A stretch of 64,000 bases of DNA, from NCBI GenBank assembly GCA_017481115.1, contig JAFUPP010000039.1, positions 1 to 64,000 of the forward strand, read 5' to 3'. Every line of letters begins with the position of its first letter. Position 1 is the first letter of the stretch. Made by a program: the position numbers and the translations under genes. The notes beneath the pieces were generated by a model. That model ran no database searches. It was not told where the DNA came from and saw only the letters and a program-made list of their open reading frames with translations. Origin of the DNA: Clostridia bacterium (GTDB lineage: Bacteria; Bacillota; Clostridia; Oscillospirales; Acutalibacteraceae). Positions 1 to 8,110 of this stretch are shown one piece after another.

Positions 1-1259
1 AATGCCTTCGATAGCCGATACGTCTACCTTGCGGTCAAGACCCTGCTGTTTGCAGTATTCGACGGGATCTGCACCATCCTCGATAACGGCAATGAGTATC
101 TTCTTACCTGCGTTACGGTTGATGTCACCCTTTTCGACCATCTTGATAATGGCGGCAAGGTCCTTTGCGGTGATCTGCAGCTCGTTAAGGGTATCTCCCT
201 TCTTACGAAGCACGCCCGCACAGTCGGTGAGTATCCAGACCGATGTTTCCTTTGCGTTACAGCCGAGAGCAACGGTTTCATCAAGAAGTGATGAAAGCTT
301 GTGGTTTGAAAGAAGCATCTCTATCTCGACGTCGGGAATGCCTGCAGCGGCATACTCCTCTGCCTTTTCGTCCACCGCAACCGGCTTTTGTTGCTTGATT
401 TTTTCAAGCCATTCGTCATCAATGATGATGGGCATAAGGTTTGCATCGGGGAAGTAGCGGTAATCCGCCTCGGTCTCCTTATTACGCATAGCAAAGGTCT
501 TGCCCGAAACATCATCAAAACGTCTTGTTTCCTGAACAAGCTCTTCGGTCTCAAACTCAAGAGCATCCATGTGACGCTGTGACTCGTAACGGATGGCACG
601 TTCTATGGCTTCAAAGGAGCTCATATTCTTGATTTCGGTTCTTACGCCGAACTCCTCGCTTCCTTCGGGACGAACCGAGATGTTTACGTCGCAACGCATT
701 GCACCCTCTTCGCACTCGGAGATACCGCCCGATCGGAACATTGATTTAAGCTTGTTAAGGTAGGTAACTACCTCTTCAGCACTTCTAAAATCGGGCTGAG
801 TAACTATCTCGATAAGAGGAACACTTGTACGGTTGAAGTCAACAAAGGATGATCTTCCGCCGTGAACCAGCTTTCCTGCATCCTCCTCCATATGAATCTG
901 CTTAATGCGGATATCACGGTTGCCCTGCGAGGTCTTGAGGGTAACGCATCCATCGGTGCAGATGGGGTGGTTAAGCTGGGTTATCTGATATGCACAGGGC
1001 AGATCGGGATAATAGTAATTCTTTTTATCAAATGTAGTGTAGCGATTGATGTTACAGTTGAGCATAAGACCCGCTGTAACCGCAAGCTCTACGACCCTTT
1101 TGTTCATTACGGGAAGCATTCCGGGCATACCGGAACAGGCGGGACAAACGCAGTCGTTAGGCTCGTTTGCGGCAGAATGACCACCGCAAGAGCAAAATAT
1201 TTTTGATTTTGTATCAAGTTCTACGTGGGTCTCAAGACCGATGACAAGCTCGTATTTCA
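1..1259 (-). CDS. gatB: Asp-tRNA(Asn)/Glu-tRNA(Gln) amidotransferase subunit B, C-terminally truncated by the window edge
   Basis: A manual reverse-complement translation from 1259 downward gives MKYELVIGLETHVELDTKSKIFCSCGGHSAANEPNDCVCPACSGMPGMLPVMNKRVVE...QIHMEEDAGKLVHGG...YRYFPDANLMPIII with no stop through position 1. This is the canonical GatB N-terminus. It is absent from the ORF track because its stop lies outside the window. Confidence 0.9.
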
Positions 1260-1262
1260 TAA

Positions 1263-2447
1263 TCATTCACCCATCCTTTCAACACTTGATGCAATACTTA
1301 AAAGTGTGGATTCATCAAAGCTCTTGCCCAAAAGCTGAACCTTACCGCTTACAAGTGCAGGGGTTCCTATAAGGTTAGCAAGTGCTGTGAACACACCCTC
1401 TTCAAACACCTTGCCAAAGGCATCGGAAATATCGTAGGCTTCATACTCGGTCTTACTGCAGACGGGGGTAAGAAGTGCATCGTAGTTTTTCATTATTTCG
1501 GCAAAACGCTCACTGATGACCCTACGTACTCTGAGGGATTTATCATAGCAGTCTTTGTAGCGGTTTTTGGAAAGAACATCCGAGCCGTAAAGAATTACCG
1601 ACTTTGTAAGGAAGTTAAAGCCCTCTGTTCTTGAATTTACGTAAAGCTCGTCTATATTTCTGTATTCGGCGGCACGGTGACCGTACTTAACGCCGTCATA
1701 GCGGGATACGTTGTTGCAGGTCTCGGCAGTCATAAGTATCTGCCAGGCAACATTTGCGGTATCAAAGATGTCAAAGGATATCTCCTCCACCTTAACACCC
1801 TGCTTTTTAAGGCTTTCGGCATATTCTTTAACTATGCCCTGTGTTTTACCATCGGCCTTTTCAAGAAGCTCCTTTATAATTGCGACACGTTTGCCCGAAA
1901 CATCGGCATTTACGGTATAATCATAGCTCTCATTTTTAAGACTTGTACCGTCCTTTTCATCGTGACCTGCAATTATATCCATTATTTCCTTTACACCCTC
2001 AACATCTGATGCATATACACCAGGCTGTTCGCCGGATGCGGCACAGGAGATGACTCCGTAACGTGAAACGGTACCGTAGGTGGGCTTTAAGAAGTCTACA
2101 CCCGAAAGTGCAGCGGCACGACGTGTAGCACCGTTCATATCAACGCCGAGTGCTGCCTTTACGCTGCCCTCTTTGACAAGCTCTGCAGCGGCACCGACCA
2201 ATTTTTCACTTTTTTCGCCTGTGTAGGAAAACTCACCTACTAAATCAAGACCAAATTCACCGACGTTTGTTTTGCCCGATACGGTATAGCCCTTGTTTTC
2301 AAGGCGAACCACCGCTTCGGCACTAAAAAGAGGTTTAAAGCCCTCGAGTATTCTGGATCCTGCATAGGCGGGAACACCCTTTACAAGAAGGGTATCGTCT
2401 ACTGCAATATTTCCTTTAGTATTTATCTCGGTTGCGTAGTATTTCAT
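1263..2447 (-). CDS. Amidase-signature (GatA-like) protein of about 395 aa. Two of the three catalytic-triad residues appear to be replaced.
   Basis: The protein aligns to GatA (LKPTYGxVSRYG, IAGHD). The GGSSGG cis-Ser motif is replaced by TGEKSEK and the nucleophile motif GSDTGGSIR by GVDMNGATR. It is short (395 aa versus about 485 aa). The ATG at 2447 is preceded by AGTGAGGTG. The GTG at 2456 is an alternative start. Confidence 0.75.
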   Translation of the reverse strand: MKYYATEINTKGNIAVDDTLLVKGVPAYAGSRILEGFKPLFSAEAVVRLENKGYTVSGKTNVGEFGLDLVGEFSYTGEKSEKLVGAAAELVKEGSVKAALGVDMNGATRRAAALSGVDFLKPTYGTVSRYGVISCAASGEQPGVYASDVEGVKEIMDIIAGHDEKDGTSLKNESYDYTVNADVSGKRVAIIKELLEKADGKTQGIVKEYAESLKKQGVKVEEISFDIFDTANVAWQILMTAETCNNVSRYDGVKYGHRAAEYRNIDELYVNSRTEGFNFLTKSVILYGSDVLSKNRYKDCYDKSLRVRRVISERFAEIMKNYDALLTPVCSKTEYEAYDISDAFGKVFEEGVFTALANLIGTPALVSGKVQLLGKSFDESTLLSIASSVERMGE

Positions 2448-2457
2448 TTTCTGCACC

Positions 2458-4533
2458 TCACTTTACAAGTCTGGGTACCTGCCAGCTGTCCTCGCTTCTC
2501 TCGGGAGCACCCGAAAGAAGTTCTTCTCTTGTGAAGGGCTGTTTACGCTCATCCTCACGAAGAACATTGGTCATAGGCATTACGTGTACCATTTCTTCAA
2601 CATTTTCGGTGTCTATTGTGTTTAAAATCTCCTCGTTTTTGCTCATCATCTTAAAGATATCCTGCATTACGTTTTCTTCCTCATCGGTAAGGGATATCTG
2701 ATTGAGCTGCTGGGCATTTGAGAAGGTGGAACGCTTTTGTCCTGCACCTCGGCCGCCCGAACCCGCTGTCATACGTGATGCAAGTGCGTTGCCGTTTCCG
2801 AGAAGGTGTACGTCCTCAAGCTGCTGATTGGTGACCTCACTAGGTGCACCGAGCAACAGATCCTGTGCATTACCGTTAAGCGGGAATGCAATAACGTCAA
2901 GTATCTTTTCTTCATCGGTAAGAAGCATTACCATACGGTCAACACCGGGAGCCATACCTGCGTGGGGAGGTGCGCCGTACTGGAACGCGTTGTAAAGCGC
3001 GTTGAATCTTGCTTTAAGCTCATCCTCGCTGTATCCTGCGATATCAAAAGCCTTTTTCATTATGTCTACATCGTGGTTACGAACCGCGCCCGATGCAAGC
3101 TCTATACCGTTACATACAAGGTCGTACTGATATGCAAGTATCTCGGTAGGCTCCTTGTTTAAAAGAGCATCCATTCCGCCCTGCGGCATAGAGAAGGGGT
3201 TGTGTGTGAATATGGTGTCGCCCGTTTCCTCATCGTTTTCGTACATGGGGAAGTCTACAACAAAGCAGAATTCGAATGCATCGTCTTTAATAAGGTCAAG
3301 CTGTTCCTTTTTAGCAAGCCAGGTACGGATGTGTCCTGCCTTCTTTTCGGTGTCATTTTTCTTGTCGTCACAGATAAAGAAGAGTGTTTCGCCCTCCTTA
3401 ACACCTGTGATATCTATAATTTCCTTCTTCTTTGCATCGCTTAAGAACTTTGCGATAGGTCCTGCAAACACGCCCTCTTTAAGGGTGATGTAACCAAGTC
3501 CGCCAAGACCTACCTCGGCACTTGTAGCAAACTTTAAGGAATCCTCAAAGAATTTGTTTGACTTACCTTTGCAGTCGGCAACGATACCGCGAACGGGTCT
3601 GCCCTTAAATGCAGGGAAATCAACATCCGAGAAAAACTCGGTAAGGTCGCATATCAAAAGGGGGTTACGAAGGTCGGGTTTATCCGAGCCGTAGAGCATC
3701 ATCGACTCTGCATAAGGGATACGTCTGAAGGGCTTTTCGGTAATTCTTTTATCCGAGAAGGTCTTGAAGGTGTCGTAAATGACATCCTCGCATATATCAA
3801 GTACCTCTTCTTGTGTTGCAAATGCCATTTCAAAGTCGAGCTGGTAAAATTCACCGGGTGAACGGTCGGCTCTGGCATCCTCATCTCTGAAGCAGGGTGC
3901 TATCTGGAAGTATTTATCAAAGCCCGATACCATAAGCAGCTGCTTGAACTGCTGGGGAGCCTGCGGAAGTGCATAAAACTTGCCCGGATGCTTACGGCTG
4001 GGTACAAGGAAGTCTCTTGCGCCCTCGGGCGAGGATGCGGTAAGAATAGGTGTCTGCATCTCAAGAAAATCCTTCTGCTCCATTTTTTGACGCAAATGAC
4101 GGATGATCTTTGAACGCATTACGAGATTATTGTGGTTTTTGGGGTTACGAAGATCAAGAAAACGGTATTTAAGACGAAGCTCGTCCTTGCTCATTCTTGA
4201 TGCTCTGACCTCAAAGGGAAGCATATTCTTGCTCTTGCCCAAAACGGTAAGAGAATCGACAATAAGCTCAACATAACCGGTGTCGATCTTTTCGTTTACG
4301 GTGTCGGGATCCCTCTTTTCAACCCTACCGCTTACCGAAATGACCGTCTCGCGATTTACGTTTTTAAGAAGCTCCTCATTATGAATGACCACCTGGGTCA
4401 CACCCGTGTAGTCACGAAGATCAAGAAATATAACGCCGCCGTGATCTCGAATAACATCCACCCAGCCGGCAAGCTCAACCGTCTGACCGATATGCTCATC
4501 ACGGATATCGTTACAATGCAGCGTTCTGTACAT
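2458..4533 (-). CDS. aspS: Aspartyl-tRNA synthetase fused in frame to a C-terminal GatC domain (691 aa)
   Basis: The N-terminal roughly 590 aa are bacterial AspRS (MYRTLHCNDIRDEHIGQTVELAGWVDVIRDHGGVIFLDLRD...FRDEDARADR...PPHAGMAPGVDR...LGAPSEVTNQQLEDVHL). The frame then continues without a stop through a Gly/Ser-rich linker into a GatC-like segment. That segment reads LTDEEENVMQDIFKMMSKNEEILNTIDTENVEEMVHVMPMTNVLREDE...SWQVPRLVK and is followed by TGA at 2458-2460. The ATG at 4533 has GGAGG 8 nt upstream. Confidence 0.85.
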   Translation of the reverse strand: MYRTLHCNDIRDEHIGQTVELAGWVDVIRDHGGVIFLDLRDYTGVTQVVIHNEELLKNVNRETVISVSGRVEKRDPDTVNEKIDTGYVELIVDSLTVLGKSKNMLPFEVRASRMSKDELRLKYRFLDLRNPKNHNNLVMRSKIIRHLRQKMEQKDFLEMQTPILTASSPEGARDFLVPSRKHPGKFYALPQAPQQFKQLLMVSGFDKYFQIAPCFRDEDARADRSPGEFYQLDFEMAFATQEEVLDICEDVIYDTFKTFSDKRITEKPFRRIPYAESMMLYGSDKPDLRNPLLICDLTEFFSDVDFPAFKGRPVRGIVADCKGKSNKFFEDSLKFATSAEVGLGGLGYITLKEGVFAGPIAKFLSDAKKKEIIDITGVKEGETLFFICDDKKNDTEKKAGHIRTWLAKKEQLDLIKDDAFEFCFVVDFPMYENDEETGDTIFTHNPFSMPQGGMDALLNKEPTEILAYQYDLVCNGIELASGAVRNHDVDIMKKAFDIAGYSEDELKARFNALYNAFQYGAPPHAGMAPGVDRMVMLLTDEEKILDVIAFPLNGNAQDLLLGAPSEVTNQQLEDVHLLGNGNALASRMTAGSGGRGAGQKRSTFSNAQQLNQISLTDEEENVMQDIFKMMSKNEEILNTIDTENVEEMVHVMPMTNVLREDERKQPFTREELLSGAPERSEDSWQVPRLVK

Positions 4534-4770
4534 AGTATTACCTCCCAAAATTGCAAAAATAAAAGCCCCGAGAATATTTTCATATTCTCGGGACGAGTAA
4601 ACAAAATTCACCCGCGGTGCCACCCGCATTGATGCAAAAAAGCATCCTCTTTTAATATAAGATTGTGTAAAAACGGAGCGTTCCCAAACCTACTACTCAT
4701 CCCAAACGCGCTTTCAGTCGCCGACGCGTTCTCCCTGACGGACTTTCCATAAAGGCCGAGTTTCCATTAG
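4534..4770 (-). promoter_or_regulatory. T-box riboswitch leader of the aspS-gatC-gatA'-gatB operon, including an intrinsic terminator at 4563-4597
   Basis: The minus-strand sequence AATGCGGGTGGCACCGCGGGTG (4605-4626) matches the T-box consensus GGGUGGNACCGCG. It is followed by the hairpin CCCGAGAATAT-gaaa-ATATTCTCGGG and the run GCTTTTATTTTT immediately upstream of the aspS RBS. A stem-I-like GGAG...GGGAACG-CTCC segment suggests an AAC (Asn) specifier, but that call is tentative. Confidence 0.8.
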
Positions 4771-4771
4771 T

Positions 4772-4799
4772 ATTATAGCAAAAATTACGGCTTTGTCAA
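4772..4799 (-). promoter_or_regulatory. Sigma-A type promoter for the T-box leader and aspS
   Basis: On the minus strand, TTGACA (4799-4794), a 16-nt spacer and TATAAT (4777-4772). Confidence 0.7.
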
Positions 4800-4855
4800 C
4801 AAATTTTTTTGCCGCTAAAACTATCTTATGAAGATTTTTCGTCTTTATTCCGGGT

Positions 4856-5101
4856 CTAATATTTTTTATCAAACGAGAGCTCAATACCGTATGCTCTCTC
4901 GGGTATCTCAAGTTCTGTCTGATTTTCCTCACAGTTTTTTCCGCAGGAGGATAATTCCGTATAGAAACGCAATCCGGCTTTGCGCTGAAAATGCTCACAT
5001 ACATTATCGAGTGCGGCAACGGTTTTGTTTTTCAGATCACACATTCCAAAGTTTACGTTCAGATAAGGATAATGCTCACAACACCAGCAGCGTACTTCCA
5101 T
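4856..5101 (-). CDS. Small cysteine-rich hypothetical protein (81 aa)
   Basis: The ATG at 5101 has AGGGGG 8 nt upstream. The sequence is MEVRCWCCEHYPYLNVNFGMCDLKNKTVAALDNVCEHFQRKAG..., with protein-like composition and several Cys pairs. I recognise no homolog. Confidence 0.35.
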   Translation of the reverse strand: MEVRCWCCEHYPYLNVNFGMCDLKNKTVAALDNVCEHFQRKAGLRFYTELSSCGKNCEENQTELEIPERAYGIELSFDKKY

Positions 5102-5412
5102 ATAATAACCCCCTAAATAAAAAAGCGTACCCCGAAGAGTACGCCGAAAAAGTGCTCCTCGGTAGATTACCACATCACACCGACTATCTGCATAAGCACA
5201 AAGTTCAAAGAACACCTTTTACCAGGTTATTCTTTGTGCTTATTTTCACGATAGTCGCAAGTTATTAAAATATGTGATGTGGTATGGCTTTATTTTATCA
5301 TAACATCTGTAATTTTACAATACAAAATTTATAAGCATTCTCTGTGTCCCGTATTTATATAGTATTACGGACGGTCAGGGATACCTGTCTCTACAAATTG
5401 CCCGTTTGCGAC

Positions 5413-5585
5413 TGTCAATGAGGTGCACTTCATATTTTTATTTTTTTGTCAATGATGTGTACCTCAGGTTTTCAAAAAATAACAACTTTCTGTCAATGAG
5501 GTACACCTCATATTCTGTAATAATTTTGTCAATGTAGTGTACCTCATATTTTTTAAAAAATCTGTCAATGAGGTGTGCTTCATAT
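5413..5585. repeat. Five tandem copies of a 23-bp motif TGTCAATGAGGTGYACYTCATAT, each containing a 16-bp imperfect palindrome, spaced 34-44 bp apart
   Basis: The copies lie at 5413-5435, 5447-5469, 5491-5513, 5527-5549 and 5563-5585. Copy 3 contains the perfect palindrome ATGAGGTACACCTCAT. The motif produces the spurious repetitive ORFs 5438..5623 and 5464..5661. Confidence 0.85.
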
Positions 5586-5680
5586 TTAAAATTTGATAGC
5601 AGAATGTGAAAGCGGGCGAACACAGTTCGCCCCTACTTGCTACCAACAACCACGAAGCCAAGGACTTTCCCGTCTACACG

Positions 5681-5729
5681 GCAATATATCAAAAAAACAC
5701 CGAGCGGATCACTCCGTTCGGTGCTTTGT
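5681..5729. terminator. Bidirectional intrinsic terminator downstream of rny
   Basis: A run of seven A, then the hairpin CACCGAGCGG-atcact-CCGTTCGGTG, then CTTTGTTTTTTATTTT. Confidence 0.7.
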
Positions 5730-5732
5730 TTT

Positions 5733-7280
5733 TTATTTTGCAAAGTCAATGGCACGGGATTCACGGATAAGGTTTACCTTGACCTGACCGGGATATTCCA
5801 GCTCATCTTCTATCTTTTTGACTATGTCGCGGGCGACGATAACCATCTGGTCATCCGAAATAACCTCGGGCTTGACCATAATACGGATCTCTCTACCTGC
5901 CTGAATAGCAAAGGATGAATCGATTCCGTTGAAGGAATTGGCAATTTCCTCCAGCTTTTCAAGACGCTTGATATAGTTTTCGATATTCTCACGTCTTGCA
6001 CCGGGACGTGCTGCCGAAACAGCATCCGCCGCCTGAACGATAAATGCGACAACGCTCTTTGCCTCAACATCGCCGTGGTGAGCGTGGATGGCGTGAACCA
6101 CCGCTTCGCTTTCCTTATACTTCTTGGCAACATCAACACCAAGCTGTATATGGCTTCCCTCCATCTCGTGATCGAGTGCCTTACCGATATCATGTAAAAG
6201 ACCTGCACGTCTTGCAAGGTTGATATCTGCACCGATCTCACCTGCGATAAGACCGGAAATATAGGAAACCTCCATTGAATGATTAAGAACGTTCTGGCCG
6301 TAGCTTGTACGGTAATGAAGCTTACCGAGAAGCTTAACAAGCTCGGGATGGAGACCTCTGACCGATGCATCGAGCATAGCCTTTTCGCCCTCGCTCTTGA
6401 TGACCGACTCGACATCTCTCTTTGCCTTTTCGTACATTTCCTCGATCTTTGCGGGATGAATTCGTCCGTCGGCAATTAACTTCTCAAGGGTTACACGGGC
6501 GATCTCTCTGCGAACGGGATCAAAGGATGATACGGTAATGGCTTCGGGTGTATCGTCGATAATAAGGTCAACACCCGTAATGGTTTCAAGGGTACGGATG
6601 TTTCTGCCCTCTCTACCGATTATTCTACCCTTCATTTCGTCATTAGGAAGGGCAACTGTTGAAATGGTACATTCTGAAGAATGGTCTGCGGCACAACGCT
6701 GTATTGCCTGAGAAAGAACCTCTCTTGCCTTCTCGTCGCACTCGTCACGAAGCTTTGCCTCAAAATCCATGATTTTGCCGGCCTTTTCGTGTGAAAGCTC
6801 TTCATCAAGAGCACGAAGAAGCTGCTCCTTAGCCTGCTCCTTGGTAAGACCCGAGATTTTTTCGAGCATATCAAGCTGACTTTTCTTGATAGTTTCTGCC
6901 TCTTGGAGCATTTCCTCTGCTTCCTTCTGGCGTTTGGCTATCTTTTCTTCCTTAATTTCAATGTTCTCTGTCTTTCTGTCGATAGACTCTTCTTTTTGCT
7001 GGATTCTTCTTTCCTGACGCTGAATTTCGCTGCGTCTTTCTCTAAGATCCTTTTCTGTTTCATTTCTCATCTGGAAGACTTCATCCTTGGCTTCCATAAT
7101 GATCTCTTTCTTTCTTGCTTCTGCTTCTTTGATGGCTTCATTCAGACGCTGAGTAGCCTGTTTCTCGGCAGAACCGAGTATTCCTTCAGCCTTGCGTTTA
7201 CGGAAAATTACGCCGAGCGCAAACCCGACTATGCCGAATACGACAGCTCCGATGGCGCCACCAATCAAATACTGTGTCAT
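5733..7280 (-). CDS. rny: Ribonuclease Y
   Basis: An N-terminal transmembrane helix, then a coiled-coil region, a KH domain and an HD domain ([21 protein letters not shown]). The ATG at 7280 is preceded by AAAGGAGGTG. Confidence 0.95.
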   Translation of the reverse strand: MTQYLIGGAIGAVVFGIVGFALGVIFRKRKAEGILGSAEKQATQRLNEAIKEAEARKKEIIMEAKDEVFQMRNETEKDLRERRSEIQRQERRIQQKEESIDRKTENIEIKEEKIAKRQKEAEEMLQEAETIKKSQLDMLEKISGLTKEQAKEQLLRALDEELSHEKAGKIMDFEAKLRDECDEKAREVLSQAIQRCAADHSSECTISTVALPNDEMKGRIIGREGRNIRTLETITGVDLIIDDTPEAITVSSFDPVRREIARVTLEKLIADGRIHPAKIEEMYEKAKRDVESVIKSEGEKAMLDASVRGLHPELVKLLGKLHYRTSYGQNVLNHSMEVSYISGLIAGEIGADINLARRAGLLHDIGKALDHEMEGSHIQLGVDVAKKYKESEAVVHAIHAHHGDVEAKSVVAFIVQAADAVSAARPGARRENIENYIKRLEKLEEIANSFNGIDSSFAIQAGREIRIMVKPEVISDDQMVIVARDIVKKIEDELEYPGQVKVNLIRESRAIDFAK

Positions 7281-7655
7281 AGGTGAATGGCACCTCCTTT
7301 ATATTAATCCGCCTTTTGTGGCTAATTTATTTAGGCTGGTTTTAGCCTTAATGATTTAGCCATCTTGAAGAACGGCAAAGCGACCGTTCAAAGATAAACG
7401 GGCCGCGGAATTTAAGCCCGTGAGATAAGGTTAGTACAAAAGTGCCCGAAGGCTATATGTACAAAGTAGAATCATCCGGCATTTGCCACTGCCAAACAAT
7501 TATCCACAGTAAATATTTTACTGCATTAAAGCAATTTTGTCAAGAAATATGCCGTTTTATTGCACAAAAATTACAGATATTTTTTGTATTTTTTATCAAT
7601 AGACATAAAAATACTAGTTTGATATAATTTAATTAATAAGGAAAGGGGTGTTTTT

Positions 7656-8078
7656 ATGTTCAAAAAAGGTTTAGGAATTTTATTAGCATTTCTGCTTGTT
7701 TTTTGCGGATGCTCATCCCAAAACACCGTATCTTATGTTAATTCCGATGCGGTTTCGGGAGATGAAGTGGTGGCTTTGTCAATAGACACGTCAACCCTTA
7801 CCTCTGACGGAGTGAAGATCGAGATCAAAAATCTTACCGATAAGGAAATGACCTACGAAACAAGCTTTGTTCTGGAGCAGCAGACGGACGACGGATGGAT
7901 ATGGATAAATACGGAGCAGGAATTTACCGCACTTGGATGTATTCTTGCACCGAACGACACAAACACACAGTCCCTTAAGTTTATAAAAACTCTTGATGAC
8001 GGTAATTACCGCATAACCAAGAATTTCTACGCAGACGGCACAAAATACGAGTGCTTTGTAGAATTTGAGTTAATATAG
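7656..8078 (+). CDS. Small secreted/lipoprotein of unknown function
   Basis: Signal peptide with a Cys-containing end (LLVFCGCSS). Strong RBS AAGGAAAGGGG. An extended -10 TGATATAAT lies upstream. Confidence 0.7.
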   Translation: MFKKGLGILLAFLLVFCGCSSQNTVSYVNSDAVSGDEVVALSIDTSTLTSDGVKIEIKNLTDKEMTYETSFVLEQQTDDGWIWINTEQEFTALGCILAPNDTNTQSLKFIKTLDDGNYRITKNFYADGTKYECFVEFELI

Positions 8079-8110
8079 ATCATACTATTTATTTAAAAGG
8101 AGGCGTTAAT

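Noticed and set aside
2-457. Plus-strand ORF 2..457, and 862..1206, 388..582
   Set aside because: They lie antisense to an uninterrupted, clearly homologous gatB frame. The composition is biased and there is no homology.
4828-5268. Plus-strand 146-aa ORF overlapping the small Cys-rich ORF
   Set aside because: Basic, Arg/Ser-rich low-complexity translation with no RBS. The opposite-strand ORF has a strong SD and a more protein-like composition.
5413-5585. CRISPR array
   Set aside because: The repeats are imperfect palindromes with short, 11-21 nt, AT-rich, similar 'spacers'. No cas genes are nearby. This is inconsistent with CRISPR.
5438-5661. ORFs 5438..5623 and 5464..5661 with repetitive LIDRFF... 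and TSLT... peptides
   Set aside because: They are artefacts of translating the five-copy DNA repeat. The periodic peptide repeats mirror the nucleotide repeat.
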